The notes below the pieces were generated by a model that made no database searches, was not told the DNA's origin, and saw only the letters and a list, made by a program, of their open reading frames with translations. The translations under genes were made by a program, and so were the position numbers. This document shows, in pieces, positions 36,555-46,685 of a stretch of 64,000 nucleotides of DNA. The stretch is from Candidatus Latescibacterota bacterium. GTDB lineage: Bacteria; Latescibacterota; UBA2968; UBA8231. How positions within the stretch are numbered: the stretch's first letter is position 1; the number at the start of each line of letters is the position of its first letter. Location: the NCBI GenBank assembly GCA_965197905.1, contig CBDAOB010000003.1, positions 768,001 through 832,000 on the forward strand, in the 5' to 3' direction.

Positions 36555-38333
36555 ATGACGTGGCAGACAAACCCCTTCAGCATTCCCTTGTTCGTGGCGG
36601 CAGCCATATGCGCTGCGTTGATGCCGTACATATGGCCACGCCGATCTCGCCCGGGCGCAATGCCGCTTGTAGCGCTGCTCGCAGCGGTAGGCATTTGGTC
36701 TCTGGGCAATGCTCTGGAAATGATAACGATCGAGATGGGAGCGAAGGTTCTGTGGGTGCGCGCCAGCTACGTGGGCATCGTGCTTGTGCCGGCGACCTGG
36801 CTGCTGTTTGCGCTCCAGTACGCCGGAGTCGGCGGCTGGTTGCGGCGCCGAGCGTGGCTCTTGGCGGCGGAACCGCTGCTCGTCACCCTCCTTGTGTGGA
36901 CCAACGAGTTCCACCACCTCCACTGGAAGTCGATCTATCTCAGCAGCGAATACTCCTTTTGGTTCATGGAAGTGAGCTTTGGACCGGCATTCTGGGCGCA
37001 TGCCATCTACTCCAATCTGCTTCTCGTCAGCGGAACAGTCTTGCTTCTCCGCAGGCTGTTCAGCGAATCCCAGACCTATCGCACCCAACTGGCGACCGTG
37101 CTCGTCGGCCTTGCGTTTCCGTGGGTCGGCAACCTCATCTATATCCTGGGTCTTAACCCGTATCCGTTTATCGATCCGACTCCTTTCGCCTTCACAATCA
37201 CCGGATTGGCAATAACCTGGGGGCTCTACCGCTTTCAGCTTTTCGAGCTCTTGCCGTTGGCCCGGGCCGCCATCGTTGAAGAAATGGACGACGGTCTTCT
37301 CGTGCTCGACGACAGGGGGCGCATCGCAGACCTAAATCCCGCGGCCAAACGCCTCTTGGGGCCGTCCGTATCGGGCTTGCTCCGGCGTCCACTCGCGGAG
37401 GCGCTGCCTGCGCTGGCGCGAGTCCTGCCCGTAAAATACCTGGAAGCCTCGTCGGTGGTGGAGTTCACGGATGCCGATTCTCTCCGCAGTTACGCGGTGC
37501 GGATCTCGCCTGTGCGCGTAGAACCGGATCGGCTCGGTGGATGCCTGGTGATGCTCTTGGATATCACTGAGCAGAAAGCTCGGGAGGCAGAACTGGAGCG
37601 GTTGAAGGAGGCAGCCGAGGCAGCAAACCGTGCCAAGAGTGAATTCTTGGCCAGCATGAGCCATGAGCTGCGAACGCCGCTAAACGCCATAATTGGCTAT
37701 AGCGAGCTTCTGCAGGAGATGGCCAAAGAGCAAGACCGAGGCAGCGAGGATTCCGACGATCTCGCCAAGATTGCCAGCTCCGGCAAACATCTACTGACAC
37801 TGGTCGACGACATCCTCGACCTGTCCCGAATTGAGGCGGATCGTCTTCAGCTGCACCCGGTGAAATTTACCCTGTGCGATTTGCTCGCCGACGTTGCCAA
37901 TGCCGTTGCTCCTCAGGTCGAACGAAGTGGCAACCAATTCACCGTGTACGCCGACGACGCGCCTGAATCTCTGGTTACGGACCCCGTCCGTTTGCGCCAG
38001 TGCCTGCTCAATCTACTGTCCAACGCGCTCAAGTTCACCAGAGATGGTCGCGTCGAGTTAACCGTCGATAGGTCAGCGCGCGACGACACCGACCTTGCGG
38101 TCTTTTGCGTGCGCGACACGGGTATTGGCATGAGCCAAGATCAGCTGAAGTGCATCTTCAAGCCTTTTGTGCAGGCCGACTCGTCAACGACGCGTCGCTA
38201 TGGTGGTACGGGTCTAGGTTTGGCGATTACTCGTCGCCTCGCGAACATGATGGAAGGTGATGTCTCCGTTGAGAGCGTTCTCGGCGAAGGTTCGAGCTTC
38301 ACCATCTGGCTGCCGTTGGCGAAATCTTCCTGA
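36555..38333 (+). CDS. Sensor histidine kinase (N-terminal 7TM, PAS, HisKA, HATPase)
   Basis: Seven hydrophobic segments, PAS (DDRGRIADLNPAA), FLASMSHELRTPL, NLLSNALKFT, DTGIG, GGTGLGL. No receiver domain. Confidence 0.92.
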   Translation: MTWQTNPFSIPLFVAAAICAALMPYIWPRRSRPGAMPLVALLAAVGIWSLGNALEMITIEMGAKVLWVRASYVGIVLVPATWLLFALQYAGVGGWLRRRAWLLAAEPLLVTLLVWTNEFHHLHWKSIYLSSEYSFWFMEVSFGPAFWAHAIYSNLLLVSGTVLLLRRLFSESQTYRTQLATVLVGLAFPWVGNLIYILGLNPYPFIDPTPFAFTITGLAITWGLYRFQLFELLPLARAAIVEEMDDGLLVLDDRGRIADLNPAAKRLLGPSVSGLLRRPLAEALPALARVLPVKYLEASSVVEFTDADSLRSYAVRISPVRVEPDRLGGCLVMLLDITEQKAREAELERLKEAAEAANRAKSEFLASMSHELRTPLNAIIGYSELLQEMAKEQDRGSEDSDDLAKIASSGKHLLTLVDDILDLSRIEADRLQLHPVKFTLCDLLADVANAVAPQVERSGNQFTVYADDAPESLVTDPVRLRQCLLNLLSNALKFTRDGRVELTVDRSARDDTDLAVFCVRDTGIGMSQDQLKCIFKPFVQADSSTTRRYGGTGLGLAITRRLANMMEGDVSVESVLGEGSSFTIWLPLAKSS

Positions 38334-38465
38334 GTGCCCTTTAAATACCTACGAAGTGCTCATCCTTGACGATCCACCAAAAAAGAAGCTTAATCCCACC
38401 CACGAACCGGCGCGCCTAGGCCGCTGATCAAGTAGGAAAATCCTCAAAACCCTGCGGAGGATTAC

Positions 38466-40151
38466 ATGAGATCTACAGTTGTGGCAGTTGCGATTTGGAC
38501 GGTTTCATTTCTGGTACTAGTTGGTGAAGCCTTGGCCGCCGAAGTGGACACCAAACGCCTCATCGAGGCTCGGAGCGAGCCGCAGAACTGGCTCACCTAT
38601 GGCGGAACTTACGACGCCTGGCGTTACAGCCCCCTGGACCAGATCGATCGCAAGAACGTGAAGGACCTGGTGCCGGCGTGGATTTTCCAGACCGGTAAGG
38701 ATGACGGCGGGTTCTCCTGTACGCCATTGGTGGTGGACGGCGTCATGTACATCACCACTCCGTGGAACCGGGTGTTTGCCATAGATGCAGTTAGCGGCAA
38801 GGAGATTTGGCATTACTACCATCCGGAACCGACAGATTTTGGTTTGCTCTATGGGCCCTGGAACAGGGGTGTCGCCATCGGGGACGGCCTGGTGTTCATG
38901 GGGACGATCGACAACCACTTGGTCGGGTTGGACCGGGAAACTGGAGAGGTTGTCTGGGACGTGAACATCGAGGACTGGGAGCAGTGCGGCTGCAATATCA
39001 CCGGTGCTCCGATGGTCGTGAAGAACAAGGTGATCGTCGGGGTGACCGGGGGCGATTCCGCCCATCGCGGCTACTTGAATGCGTTTGATACGAAAACCGG
39101 CAAACACGAATGGCGTTTTTGGACCATTCCGGGGCCCGGTGAGGAAGGGAACGAAACCTGGAAGGGGGACAGTTGGAAATTTGGTGGCGGCGCCACTTGG
39201 CTGACCGGATCCTACGACGCCGAGCTCGATCTGTTGTACTGGGGCATCGGCAACCCGGCGGCCGATTTCTACGGCGAGGATCGCCGCGGCGACAACCTCT
39301 ATACCGACTGCATGGTGGCGCTGAATCCGGACGACGGCAAACTCGTCTGGCATTATCAGGAGATTCCCTTCGACGTCTGGGATTGGGATGCTACCTACGA
39401 GCAGATTCTGCTGGATGCAAAGGTGGACGGCAAAAAGCGGAAGCTGCTGATCAATCCGAACAAGGGCGGTTTCACCTGGGTTTTGGATCGCACCAACGGC
39501 GAGTTCATCGGCACCTGGCGGTTGGCGGAGAACATCAACTGGATCAGTGGCATCGACGACGAAGGCAACCTGCTCGACCGCCTGGAACCTGCGGTCAACG
39601 AACCTACGCTGGTTTGTCCTGCCATCGGCGGGGGACGCAGCTGGAACCATGCTGCCTACAGTCCAAAGACGGGTCTGCTTTACACCGTAGGTATAGAGTG
39701 GTGCCAGGAACTGATCGTGCAAAAAGAAGACCCGGTGCCCGGCGCCACCTTCTTGGGCGGGCTATTCGAGCTGCGAGGAACACCCATCGGCGACCCTGGC
39801 AGTCATTTCGACGCCTACGACCCGGTGACCGGCGAAAAGAAGTGGAGTTACTGGTCGAAGTATCCGCTACTGGCGTCGTCTCTGGCAACCGGAGGCAACC
39901 TGGTGTTCACCGGGGACCCGGAAGGCGATTTCATGGCGTTCGACGCGGAGACCGGCGAGAAGCTGTGGAAGTTCAACACCGGGTCGGGCCACCGGGGGTC
40001 GCCGATCAGCTACGCCGTGGATGGCACCCAGTACATCGCCGTCCCCTCCGGGTGGGGATCGGCGCTGGCCGGTCTGATTCCCCAATTGTGGCCCGAAGCC
40101 GAGGATTTCCCGGGGGGTGGGGCGCTGGTGGTGTTCGCGCTCAAGCGATAA
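38466..40151 (+). CDS. PQQ-dependent dehydrogenase, methanol/ethanol family
   Basis: NWLTYGG, RYSPLDQI, TPLVVDGVMY, WGIGNP, WDWD, KGG, GTQYIAV; tryptophan-docking repeats; signal peptide. Confidence 0.92.
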   Translation: MRSTVVAVAIWTVSFLVLVGEALAAEVDTKRLIEARSEPQNWLTYGGTYDAWRYSPLDQIDRKNVKDLVPAWIFQTGKDDGGFSCTPLVVDGVMYITTPWNRVFAIDAVSGKEIWHYYHPEPTDFGLLYGPWNRGVAIGDGLVFMGTIDNHLVGLDRETGEVVWDVNIEDWEQCGCNITGAPMVVKNKVIVGVTGGDSAHRGYLNAFDTKTGKHEWRFWTIPGPGEEGNETWKGDSWKFGGGATWLTGSYDAELDLLYWGIGNPAADFYGEDRRGDNLYTDCMVALNPDDGKLVWHYQEIPFDVWDWDATYEQILLDAKVDGKKRKLLINPNKGGFTWVLDRTNGEFIGTWRLAENINWISGIDDEGNLLDRLEPAVNEPTLVCPAIGGGRSWNHAAYSPKTGLLYTVGIEWCQELIVQKEDPVPGATFLGGLFELRGTPIGDPGSHFDAYDPVTGEKKWSYWSKYPLLASSLATGGNLVFTGDPEGDFMAFDAETGEKLWKFNTGSGHRGSPISYAVDGTQYIAVPSGWGSALAGLIPQLWPEAEDFPGGGALVVFALKR

Positions 40152-40248
40152 CGGAACAGAGTGACGACAAGCGGAATCCGAGCGCTAACCGCCATAGGCC
40201 GGTGGTAGCGAGTTGTCCGAGCTTCTCGACAGTGCAAGCGGTCGAGTC

Positions 40249-41241
40249 ATGCTGCGCTCGATTCGTCCATGCCTGGTGCTGGCAGTGGTTATTGCCGCAT
40301 CGACGGCCTCCCACGACCAGGTTTCGCCCACCATCGATCTGACCGAGCCCGCCGTCATCGACTCCGGAGGGGCTACCTTCGCCAGGTCTTGTTCGGTCGG
40401 TTATTGCCACGGTAAGGACGGCCGTGCCGGCAGAGGGCCGCGCTTTAGAGGTCGAAAACTGGATCGCGAATACATGTTCCGTTCGATCGCCGAAGGCGTT
40501 CCGGGCTCTTCAATGGCGAGCTGGAAGCCAGCTCTCAATGACGCGCAGATCTGGGCGATTATCGCCTACATTGAATCCCTGTCCGAACTGGACCCGGGTG
40601 TGCCGTCTCTTTCCGGCGAAGAGGGTGAATCAAGGCATGAGTTCGCGCGCTGGCTTCCGGCGCTTTTTGCATCCGTTCCGCAACAAGAACAGAAGCGAGG
40701 GACCATCGCCGACCGTCCCACCTCCATCGCTGCTTTGAAACGCGAGCTTGGATGGGAGTTTCGCGCCGACCTGGTGGGGAATCCTCAAGAGGGCGAGAAC
40801 CTCTTTTTCCAGCTCAGCGAGACACCCACCTGCGCTGCCTGTCACAAGCTCAACGGAAAAGGGGGAGAGATAGGTCCTGACCTCAGTCTCAGCTCCAGCA
40901 AACCAGCCCGAGAGCTCTTCAAAAACATCGTCCTGCCCGATGCCGAAGTAGCTCCCTCCGGTCAGTTGTTCGAGATGACCACGACGTCCAAGGAACGCCT
41001 CCGGGTAGTCCTCTCCGGCGAGAGTGCCTCGCGCATCAAGGTGTACGAAGTCAGCGGAATGCCCGTGTTTCGCTCGATCAAGAAGAGTGAGGTCATAGCG
41101 CTCGCACCGGGAGGAAGGTCAGCCATGCCCGTCTCCTATAGCAAGGTGTACAGCCTCGAAGAGTTGCTCGATATCGTTGCTTTCCTGAAGAGCAGCTCCG
41201 CCGACTCGACGGTGTCGGTTTCGCTAGCCGATCTACTTTGA
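40249..41241 (+). CDS. Di-heme c-type cytochrome with putative heme-binding domain
   Basis: CSVGYCH (CX4CH) followed by GVPGSSM, and CAACH..GGEIGPDLS..SAMP. Confidence 0.85.
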   Translation: MLRSIRPCLVLAVVIAASTASHDQVSPTIDLTEPAVIDSGGATFARSCSVGYCHGKDGRAGRGPRFRGRKLDREYMFRSIAEGVPGSSMASWKPALNDAQIWAIIAYIESLSELDPGVPSLSGEEGESRHEFARWLPALFASVPQQEQKRGTIADRPTSIAALKRELGWEFRADLVGNPQEGENLFFQLSETPTCAACHKLNGKGGEIGPDLSLSSSKPARELFKNIVLPDAEVAPSGQLFEMTTTSKERLRVVLSGESASRIKVYEVSGMPVFRSIKKSEVIALAPGGRSAMPVSYSKVYSLEELLDIVAFLKSSSADSTVSVSLADLL

Positions 41242-41258
41242 TCCGCGCGTGCAAAGCG

Positions 41259-43322
41259 ATGACACCTGGCACCCAGATATCTCTTGTCGCGCTGATCACA
41301 GCTTCCATATCGGTCGCCGATGAGATCATGTTACCAGAAACCGTGGTCAGAGCGAGTCGCGCCGAACAATCGGTAGAAGAGATTCCGGCGCATGTAACCA
41401 TTCTGAACGGCACCGCGGTGGATCTGTCGCCGGCTCAATCCACTGACGATCTGCTTCGCCAGGTGCCCGGGTTCAGTCTCTTCCGGCGCTCTAGCAGCGT
41501 CGTCTCCCACCCGACTTCTCAAGGGGTTTCGTTGCGCGGCATCGGCGCCAGCGGCGCCAGCAGGGCGCTGGTTCTTCTCGATGGCATGCCGCTGAACGAT
41601 CCATTTGGCGGCTGGGTACAGTGGAGCAAGGTGGACCCGTGGAGTCTCGAACGCGCCGAGATACTGCGTGGGGGCGGTTCACACCTGTGGGGAAACTACG
41701 CCCTCAGTGGGGTCGTCGATCTCAAGACAAGGATGCCGGAGCGGTCCGTGCGGGTGACCGGAGCACGCGGAAATGGCGGCACGAACAAGATCGGCATTTC
41801 CCTCAGTGAGCGGATCGGCCAAACAGGCGTCAACATGGGGGCGAGTTATTACGACACCGACGGCTATTTCGTATTGCGCGACGACCATCGCGGGTCGATC
41901 GACGAACCGGCCCGGTCGCAGTACGGGGTCCTGAGCACCCGAATGAGCCGGGAAATGGGACGTGCGCGCCTGTTCGCCCAAGGAGGCATCTTCCTGGAAG
42001 AGCGGGGTAACGGCACCGCATTGACGGGGAACAGCACAGAGGCCGGGTACCTCGGAATGCGCACGACCTGGACGGGTCAGTCGAAGTGGACGCTTTCCGG
42101 CTTTCTCCAGAAGCAAAGGTTTGAGAGCAGTTTTTCGGCCCAAGCAGCCGACCGGGAATCGGAGCGCCCAGCTCTGGATCAGTTTCGTGTTCCCGCAACC
42201 GCCGTCGGGATAACAGTCGAGTGGCTGCGCCCGACGCCCGGGGACCACCTTCTGGTGGCCGGATCCGACCTGCGACAGTCGAGCGGCCACACGAACGAAC
42301 GATATCGCAATCTCGGTGACGGATTTACCCGACGACGGCGCGCCGGCGGCACGCAACAGTTTGCCGGTTTTTTCCTTCAGGATATGATCCGCTTGAAGGA
42401 TCGCTTGCAGCTTACCCTGGGGAGCCGAATCGATTTTTGGCGCTTTTCAGACGGATTCCGGCGTGAGTTCGACCTCGAGGAGGGCGGTATTCTGCGGGAT
42501 GACGACTACGATCATCGCACGGGCATCGCTTTGGGCCCGAAGGCAGGTGTCCGCTACCAGGTGAATCAAATGTTTGTGTTGCGGAGCTCAGCATACCGCA
42601 CCTTTCGCACGCCTACTTTGAACGAGCTCTACCGGCCGTTCAGGGTTCGCAACGATATCACAGAGGCGAACCGAAAGCTCGAACCTGAAAGACTGACCGG
42701 TGGAGAGGTCGGCATGGATGCCAACCGGTCGTTTGTGAGCGTACGGGTTACGGGGTACTGGAACGAAGTCGAGGACGCCATTGGAAATCTCACGGTCGGC
42801 CTAGGGCCCGGCCAGGTTGCCCCCTGCGGATTCGTTCCCGAAGGCGGGAGCTGCCGGCAGCGAGGGAACCTGGAGCGCACCCGAATCCGGGGTTTGGAAG
42901 CAGATCTGAGCGTAATAGATCGAAACGGATGGTCTCTGTTTCTGGCTTATCTTTTCAGTGACAGCGAAGTCCGTCGCGCCAACCAGCGAACGGAACTCAA
43001 GGGTAAGCAGCTGGCACAGGTGCCCCAACAGCGTTTCCAGTTGACGCTTGACTATTCCCATCCGACCATCGCAGAATTTTCTCTGGCGTTGCGTTATGTC
43101 GGAGAGCAGTTCGAGGATGATCTCAATTCCCTGGATCTGTCTCCTTACGCCACCGTCGATATGGCGGCGCGAAAGGAGCTATCGCCGCACTACAATCTAT
43201 TCGCGAAGCTGGAGAATCTATTTGACACCGAGATAGAAGTGGGCCGCTCTGGCGGCTTGATCGGCATCGGGGCGCCAAGGCGCGTATTTGTTGGCGTCCA
43301 TGCCAAAATGGGAACAAGATGA
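41259..43322 (+). CDS. TonB-dependent receptor (quinoprotein-associated)
   Basis: TonB box ETVVRAS, plug LRGIG..RALVLLDGMP, AEILRGG, FRTPTLNELYRPF, KLEPE. Confidence 0.9.
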   Translation: MTPGTQISLVALITASISVADEIMLPETVVRASRAEQSVEEIPAHVTILNGTAVDLSPAQSTDDLLRQVPGFSLFRRSSSVVSHPTSQGVSLRGIGASGASRALVLLDGMPLNDPFGGWVQWSKVDPWSLERAEILRGGGSHLWGNYALSGVVDLKTRMPERSVRVTGARGNGGTNKIGISLSERIGQTGVNMGASYYDTDGYFVLRDDHRGSIDEPARSQYGVLSTRMSREMGRARLFAQGGIFLEERGNGTALTGNSTEAGYLGMRTTWTGQSKWTLSGFLQKQRFESSFSAQAADRESERPALDQFRVPATAVGITVEWLRPTPGDHLLVAGSDLRQSSGHTNERYRNLGDGFTRRRRAGGTQQFAGFFLQDMIRLKDRLQLTLGSRIDFWRFSDGFRREFDLEEGGILRDDDYDHRTGIALGPKAGVRYQVNQMFVLRSSAYRTFRTPTLNELYRPFRVRNDITEANRKLEPERLTGGEVGMDANRSFVSVRVTGYWNEVEDAIGNLTVGLGPGQVAPCGFVPEGGSCRQRGNLERTRIRGLEADLSVIDRNGWSLFLAYLFSDSEVRRANQRTELKGKQLAQVPQQRFQLTLDYSHPTIAEFSLALRYVGEQFEDDLNSLDLSPYATVDMAARKELSPHYNLFAKLENLFDTEIEVGRSGGLIGIGAPRRVFVGVHAKMGTR

Positions 43323-43403
43323 CCGCGCTTTCGATTCGGCCCGAACCGACCTATTTTCTAACGCATCCATCAGCGTAGCGAACGGCCAGACAGAAAACCT
43401 ACG

Positions 43404-44282
43404 ATGTTATCGCAGCAGCAGATCGAAGAGTATCACGAAAAGGGATATCTCGGCGTGGAGAACGTGCTCTCTGCCGCTGAGGTACAGGAACTCCGCGACG
43501 TTACGGATGAATTCATCGAGAAATCGCGTAACTTCACCGACCACGCCGACGAGTTTGACCTGGAGCCGGACCACACGCCGGAGTTCCCCAGGGTGAGACG
43601 GCTGAAGATGCCTCACAAGATTCATCCGATCTACGCCAAGACCTTGCGGCACGACTCGATTCTGAAGATGGCCTCAGCGCTGGTCGGCACCTATGCGATG
43701 CACTGCAACGGCACCAAGCTCAATATGAAATCGGAGGAGATCGGCAGTCCCGTGCACTGGCACCAGGATTGGGCGTTCTATCCATACACCAACGACGATC
43801 TGCTGGCGGTCGGCGTAGCGATCGACGACATGACCCGCGAGAACGGCTGCCTGCTAGTTATTCCCGGCTCGCACAAAGGGCGGATCTACGATCACCACCT
43901 GGACGGGCATTTCTGCGGCGCCGTTACCGAGCCCGACTTCGACGATTCTACCGCCGAAGCTATAGAATTGAAGGCGGGCGGCATCTCGATTCATCACGTG
44001 CGCACGTTGCACGCCTCGCTGCCCAACAGCTCGTCCAGCCCACGCCGGCTGTTGCTGCAGCAATACTGCGCCGGTGATTCGATGCCGCTGCAGGCCGTGG
44101 CGCAGAAACCGCTGGATTGGGGCGAGTTCGTGGCGAGTTTCGTGCAGGGCGAGCCGACTCTGGATATCCGCATGGAACCGGCTCCAGTGCGCATGCCCCA
44201 GCCTCCGGCGCTTAAAGGGGGATCGATCTACGAGAATCAGTCCGTGTTAAAGGCCTCGACCTTCCGAAAGACCTCGCCGTAA
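43404..44282 (+). CDS. PhyH family dioxygenase
   Basis: HWHQDWAFYP, ENGCLLVIPGSH, HASLPN..PRR. Confidence 0.9.
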   Translation: MLSQQQIEEYHEKGYLGVENVLSAAEVQELRDVTDEFIEKSRNFTDHADEFDLEPDHTPEFPRVRRLKMPHKIHPIYAKTLRHDSILKMASALVGTYAMHCNGTKLNMKSEEIGSPVHWHQDWAFYPYTNDDLLAVGVAIDDMTRENGCLLVIPGSHKGRIYDHHLDGHFCGAVTEPDFDDSTAEAIELKAGGISIHHVRTLHASLPNSSSSPRRLLLQQYCAGDSMPLQAVAQKPLDWGEFVASFVQGEPTLDIRMEPAPVRMPQPPALKGGSIYENQSVLKASTFRKTSP

Positions 44283-44306
44283 CCACCATCTCCAAAGGAT
44301 TTCTTC

Positions 44307-45494
44307 GTGAAGATTACCGCATCCACCACGTACGTGATTTCTGTTCCAACCGGTCAGGAGATCCGCGATCCGGGGACGGGCGAACTCATCTGCAGCACCA
44401 AGAAAAGCTGGATTTTCCTCAAGCTGGAGACCGACGCCGGCATCACCGGCTGGGGGGACGGCGGTGGCGAGTGGCTTTCCCCGCAGGTGTCTGCCGCGTT
44501 GGAACAAGTGAAACCATTGCTCATCGGCAGTGATCCGCTCAAGGTGGAGGCGTTGACCGCAGATATTTGCACCCGCAGTCCGTGGAAGGGAGGACCGATC
44601 ATCGGTACCGCGGCGGCGGCGATCAACATGGCCCTCTACGACATCGCCGGAAAAGCATGGGGAGTACCGGTGCACACGATCCTCGGCGGCAAGCGGCGGG
44701 ACAAAGTGCAAGTTTACGCGAGCGGCGGTCTCAGTGAAGGTTCTCCTGAAGAAGCGGTGGCCAAAGCGAAGAAACATATGGAAGAGGGGTATTCGGGGGT
44801 CAAAGGGAATCCGCTGGAATCGCGCACCTGGCCGATGGATCCCGCGGCGATTGCGCGCAGTCTCGAAAGCATATCCGCAGTGCGAGAGGCGCTGCCGGAC
44901 GCGGCCATTCTGCTGGATTGCCACGGCAGCCCGATCCCCGAGATCAGCATCGAGTTCGCCCGCCAGGTGGCGCCGTACGCGCCGCTGTTCCTGGAGGAGC
45001 CGGTAAAGGTGGGCTCAGTGGATGCGCTCGCGGCTGTGTCCCGCAAGAGTCCGGTTCCGGTGGCTACGGGAGAGAAGCTGTTTTCCGCGGAGCAATTCGA
45101 GCCCCTGACTCAACAGCGCGCCTGCGCCTTCCTGCAGCCGGACATCACCCACTGTCACGGCATCACCGAGTTCAAGGTGATCGCCAAAATGGCGGAAGCG
45201 CAGCAGATGCAGATGGCTCCTCACAACGTCGCCGGTCCGGTGGGGTGCGCCGCCGCCATTCACGCCTCAGCGGCCATTTCCAACTTCCTGATTCTGGAGA
45301 TGAGTCCGCACTATTTCCCGCACTTCCATAAATACGCCGATCACGATCTGTCGATGGCGGGGGGCTTTGTCAACGTGAGCGACCGGCCCGGTCTGGGGAT
45401 CGATGTGAAGGAAGCGGACATCGCCGCCATGGAGCACGAGCCGATGCCGTACCGCCAGTACCGCCACGCCGACGGCAGCTGGAAGGGATGGTGA
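44307..45494 (+). CDS. Mandelate racemase/muconate lactonizing enzyme family (galactonate dehydratase-like)
   Basis: ALYDIAGKAWGVPV..LGG, LDCHG, FLEEP, ATGEKL, LQPD, APHN, PGLGI. Confidence 0.9.
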   Translation: MKITASTTYVISVPTGQEIRDPGTGELICSTKKSWIFLKLETDAGITGWGDGGGEWLSPQVSAALEQVKPLLIGSDPLKVEALTADICTRSPWKGGPIIGTAAAAINMALYDIAGKAWGVPVHTILGGKRRDKVQVYASGGLSEGSPEEAVAKAKKHMEEGYSGVKGNPLESRTWPMDPAAIARSLESISAVREALPDAAILLDCHGSPIPEISIEFARQVAPYAPLFLEEPVKVGSVDALAAVSRKSPVPVATGEKLFSAEQFEPLTQQRACAFLQPDITHCHGITEFKVIAKMAEAQQMQMAPHNVAGPVGCAAAIHASAAISNFLILEMSPHYFPHFHKYADHDLSMAGGFVNVSDRPGLGIDVKEADIAAMEHEPMPYRQYRHADGSWKGW

Positions 45495-45542
45495 CGGTGT
45501 GGTTTGCAATTCGTCCGTGACGCCTGGCGGCACCACAGCATA

Positions 45543-45992
45543 CTAGGGTTGGATGAAGGTGTACTGGTAGGGTGATTCGGCGACACCGACAACAAGCGTG
45601 TCGCCATTATTGATGAGACAGGAGTCAGATCTACCGTCGGGACCGAGACGGATTTCGTTCACGCAGATCCCACAACGGCTTCCGCGGTCCAACACTTCGT
45701 ATGTATCCTCATCCATCAAGTTGATCAAGAAGTGCTCGCGGGAAATCTGAATCTTGTAGCCGACGTCCCACATGTAGATATCGTTGTTCGGTTTCATCAA
45801 AAAGGCGCGGCGATTTTGGACCCAGTGGTTTTTCTTCCCTCCACGGCACTCTCTGCCGAAGCGGTAGGGAAACTTGTCGAGTGCCAGCTGGGGCCCCCCT
45901 ATCGCCTTTTCGGCCGGCTCGGTTAAAGCTTCGAGGACAGGGTGGTTGTTTCCGTTCATATCACCATTTCCGTTATTTTTGGACCAAAACAA
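45543..45992 (-). CDS. FHA domain-containing protein
   Basis: FGRE...ISREH...DRGSRCG..VN...GDTLVVG pattern. Confidence 0.75.
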   Translation of the reverse strand: MFWSKNNGNGDMNGNNHPVLEALTEPAEKAIGGPQLALDKFPYRFGRECRGGKKNHWVQNRRAFLMKPNNDIYMWDVGYKIQISREHFLINLMDEDTYEVLDRGSRCGICVNEIRLGPDGRSDSCLINNGDTLVVGVAESPYQYTFIQP

Positions 45993-46131
45993 CTATAAAA
46001 TGATAAATATAGGCCATATGTCTGCCACGGGTAGGGCACGGCTCTTCGGGCAAGACATCGAGGCCGGCGGCAGCAATATGCCCTGACCGCAGCAGCTCGG
46101 CAAGCGCCTCGTCATCGATCAGCCCTCCCCT

Positions 46132-46257
46132 TACTTCAAGAAGCGACACGTTGACTGTGAAGCCTGGCAGGTGACAGCCGTCGGCGACCGCGACTTCACC
46201 TCGCCGGAGGGAATCCGGGTCTGCCCGGCGCTGAACCTGCTCCGACAGCTGATCTGA
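46132..46257 (+). pseudogene. 3' remnant of an AAA+ ATPase (DUF4143-type) gene
   Basis: Frame with no start codon reads YFKKRHVDCEAWQVTAVGDRDFTSPEGIRVCPALNLLRQLI*, resembling the C-terminus of that family. Confidence 0.45.
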
Positions 46258-46370
46258 TCGTCACGGAGATCGTTGGTCGACCGACTTCTTTCTGCTCATA
46301 TTCGACGGGTGGTTACCGGTCTCCGACGGGCTTACGGGAGCGCTCAAGAGTAGTAATCAGGAGGGGCACG

Positions 46371-46685
46371 ATGAGAACGTTACTTGCCTTGGTGATTGCA
46401 TGTCTTGTCTGGATACCAGCAGTTGGCAGTCACAATGCGGATTCTGAGAAAGCAGGTGTGTATTTTCTCCAATCTGCATTGACTCTGCTCGACCGCTCCG
46501 TCGAAATCGACGGCAAATACGGTGAAGAAACAACAAAGGCGCTTCGCTCCTTCCAACGGAGCGTCAGTGTCCCCGAGAGTGGAGTTCTAGATTGGGCGAC
46601 TTACAGGATGCTCTTGATCGAGCTGAAGAAAAGGGGGCCGCCGACACTTCCGAGGAAGCCTTCAAAAGGGGAATTGGAGAAATGA
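46371..46685 (+). CDS. Small secreted peptidoglycan-binding domain protein
   Basis: Signal peptide then LQSAL..IDGKYGEETTKALRSFQ..SGVLDWAT (PG_binding_1 pattern); AGGAGG RBS. Confidence 0.8.
   Translation: MRTLLALVIACLVWIPAVGSHNADSEKAGVYFLQSALTLLDRSVEIDGKYGEETTKALRSFQRSVSVPESGVLDWATYRMLLIELKKRGPPTLPRKPSKGELEK

Noticed and set aside
38517..39722. Long antisense ORFs (also 19362-20417, 50442-51440, 52443-53561, 57559-58578)
   Set aside because: Shadow frames of well-supported genes in GC-rich DNA, with no motifs.
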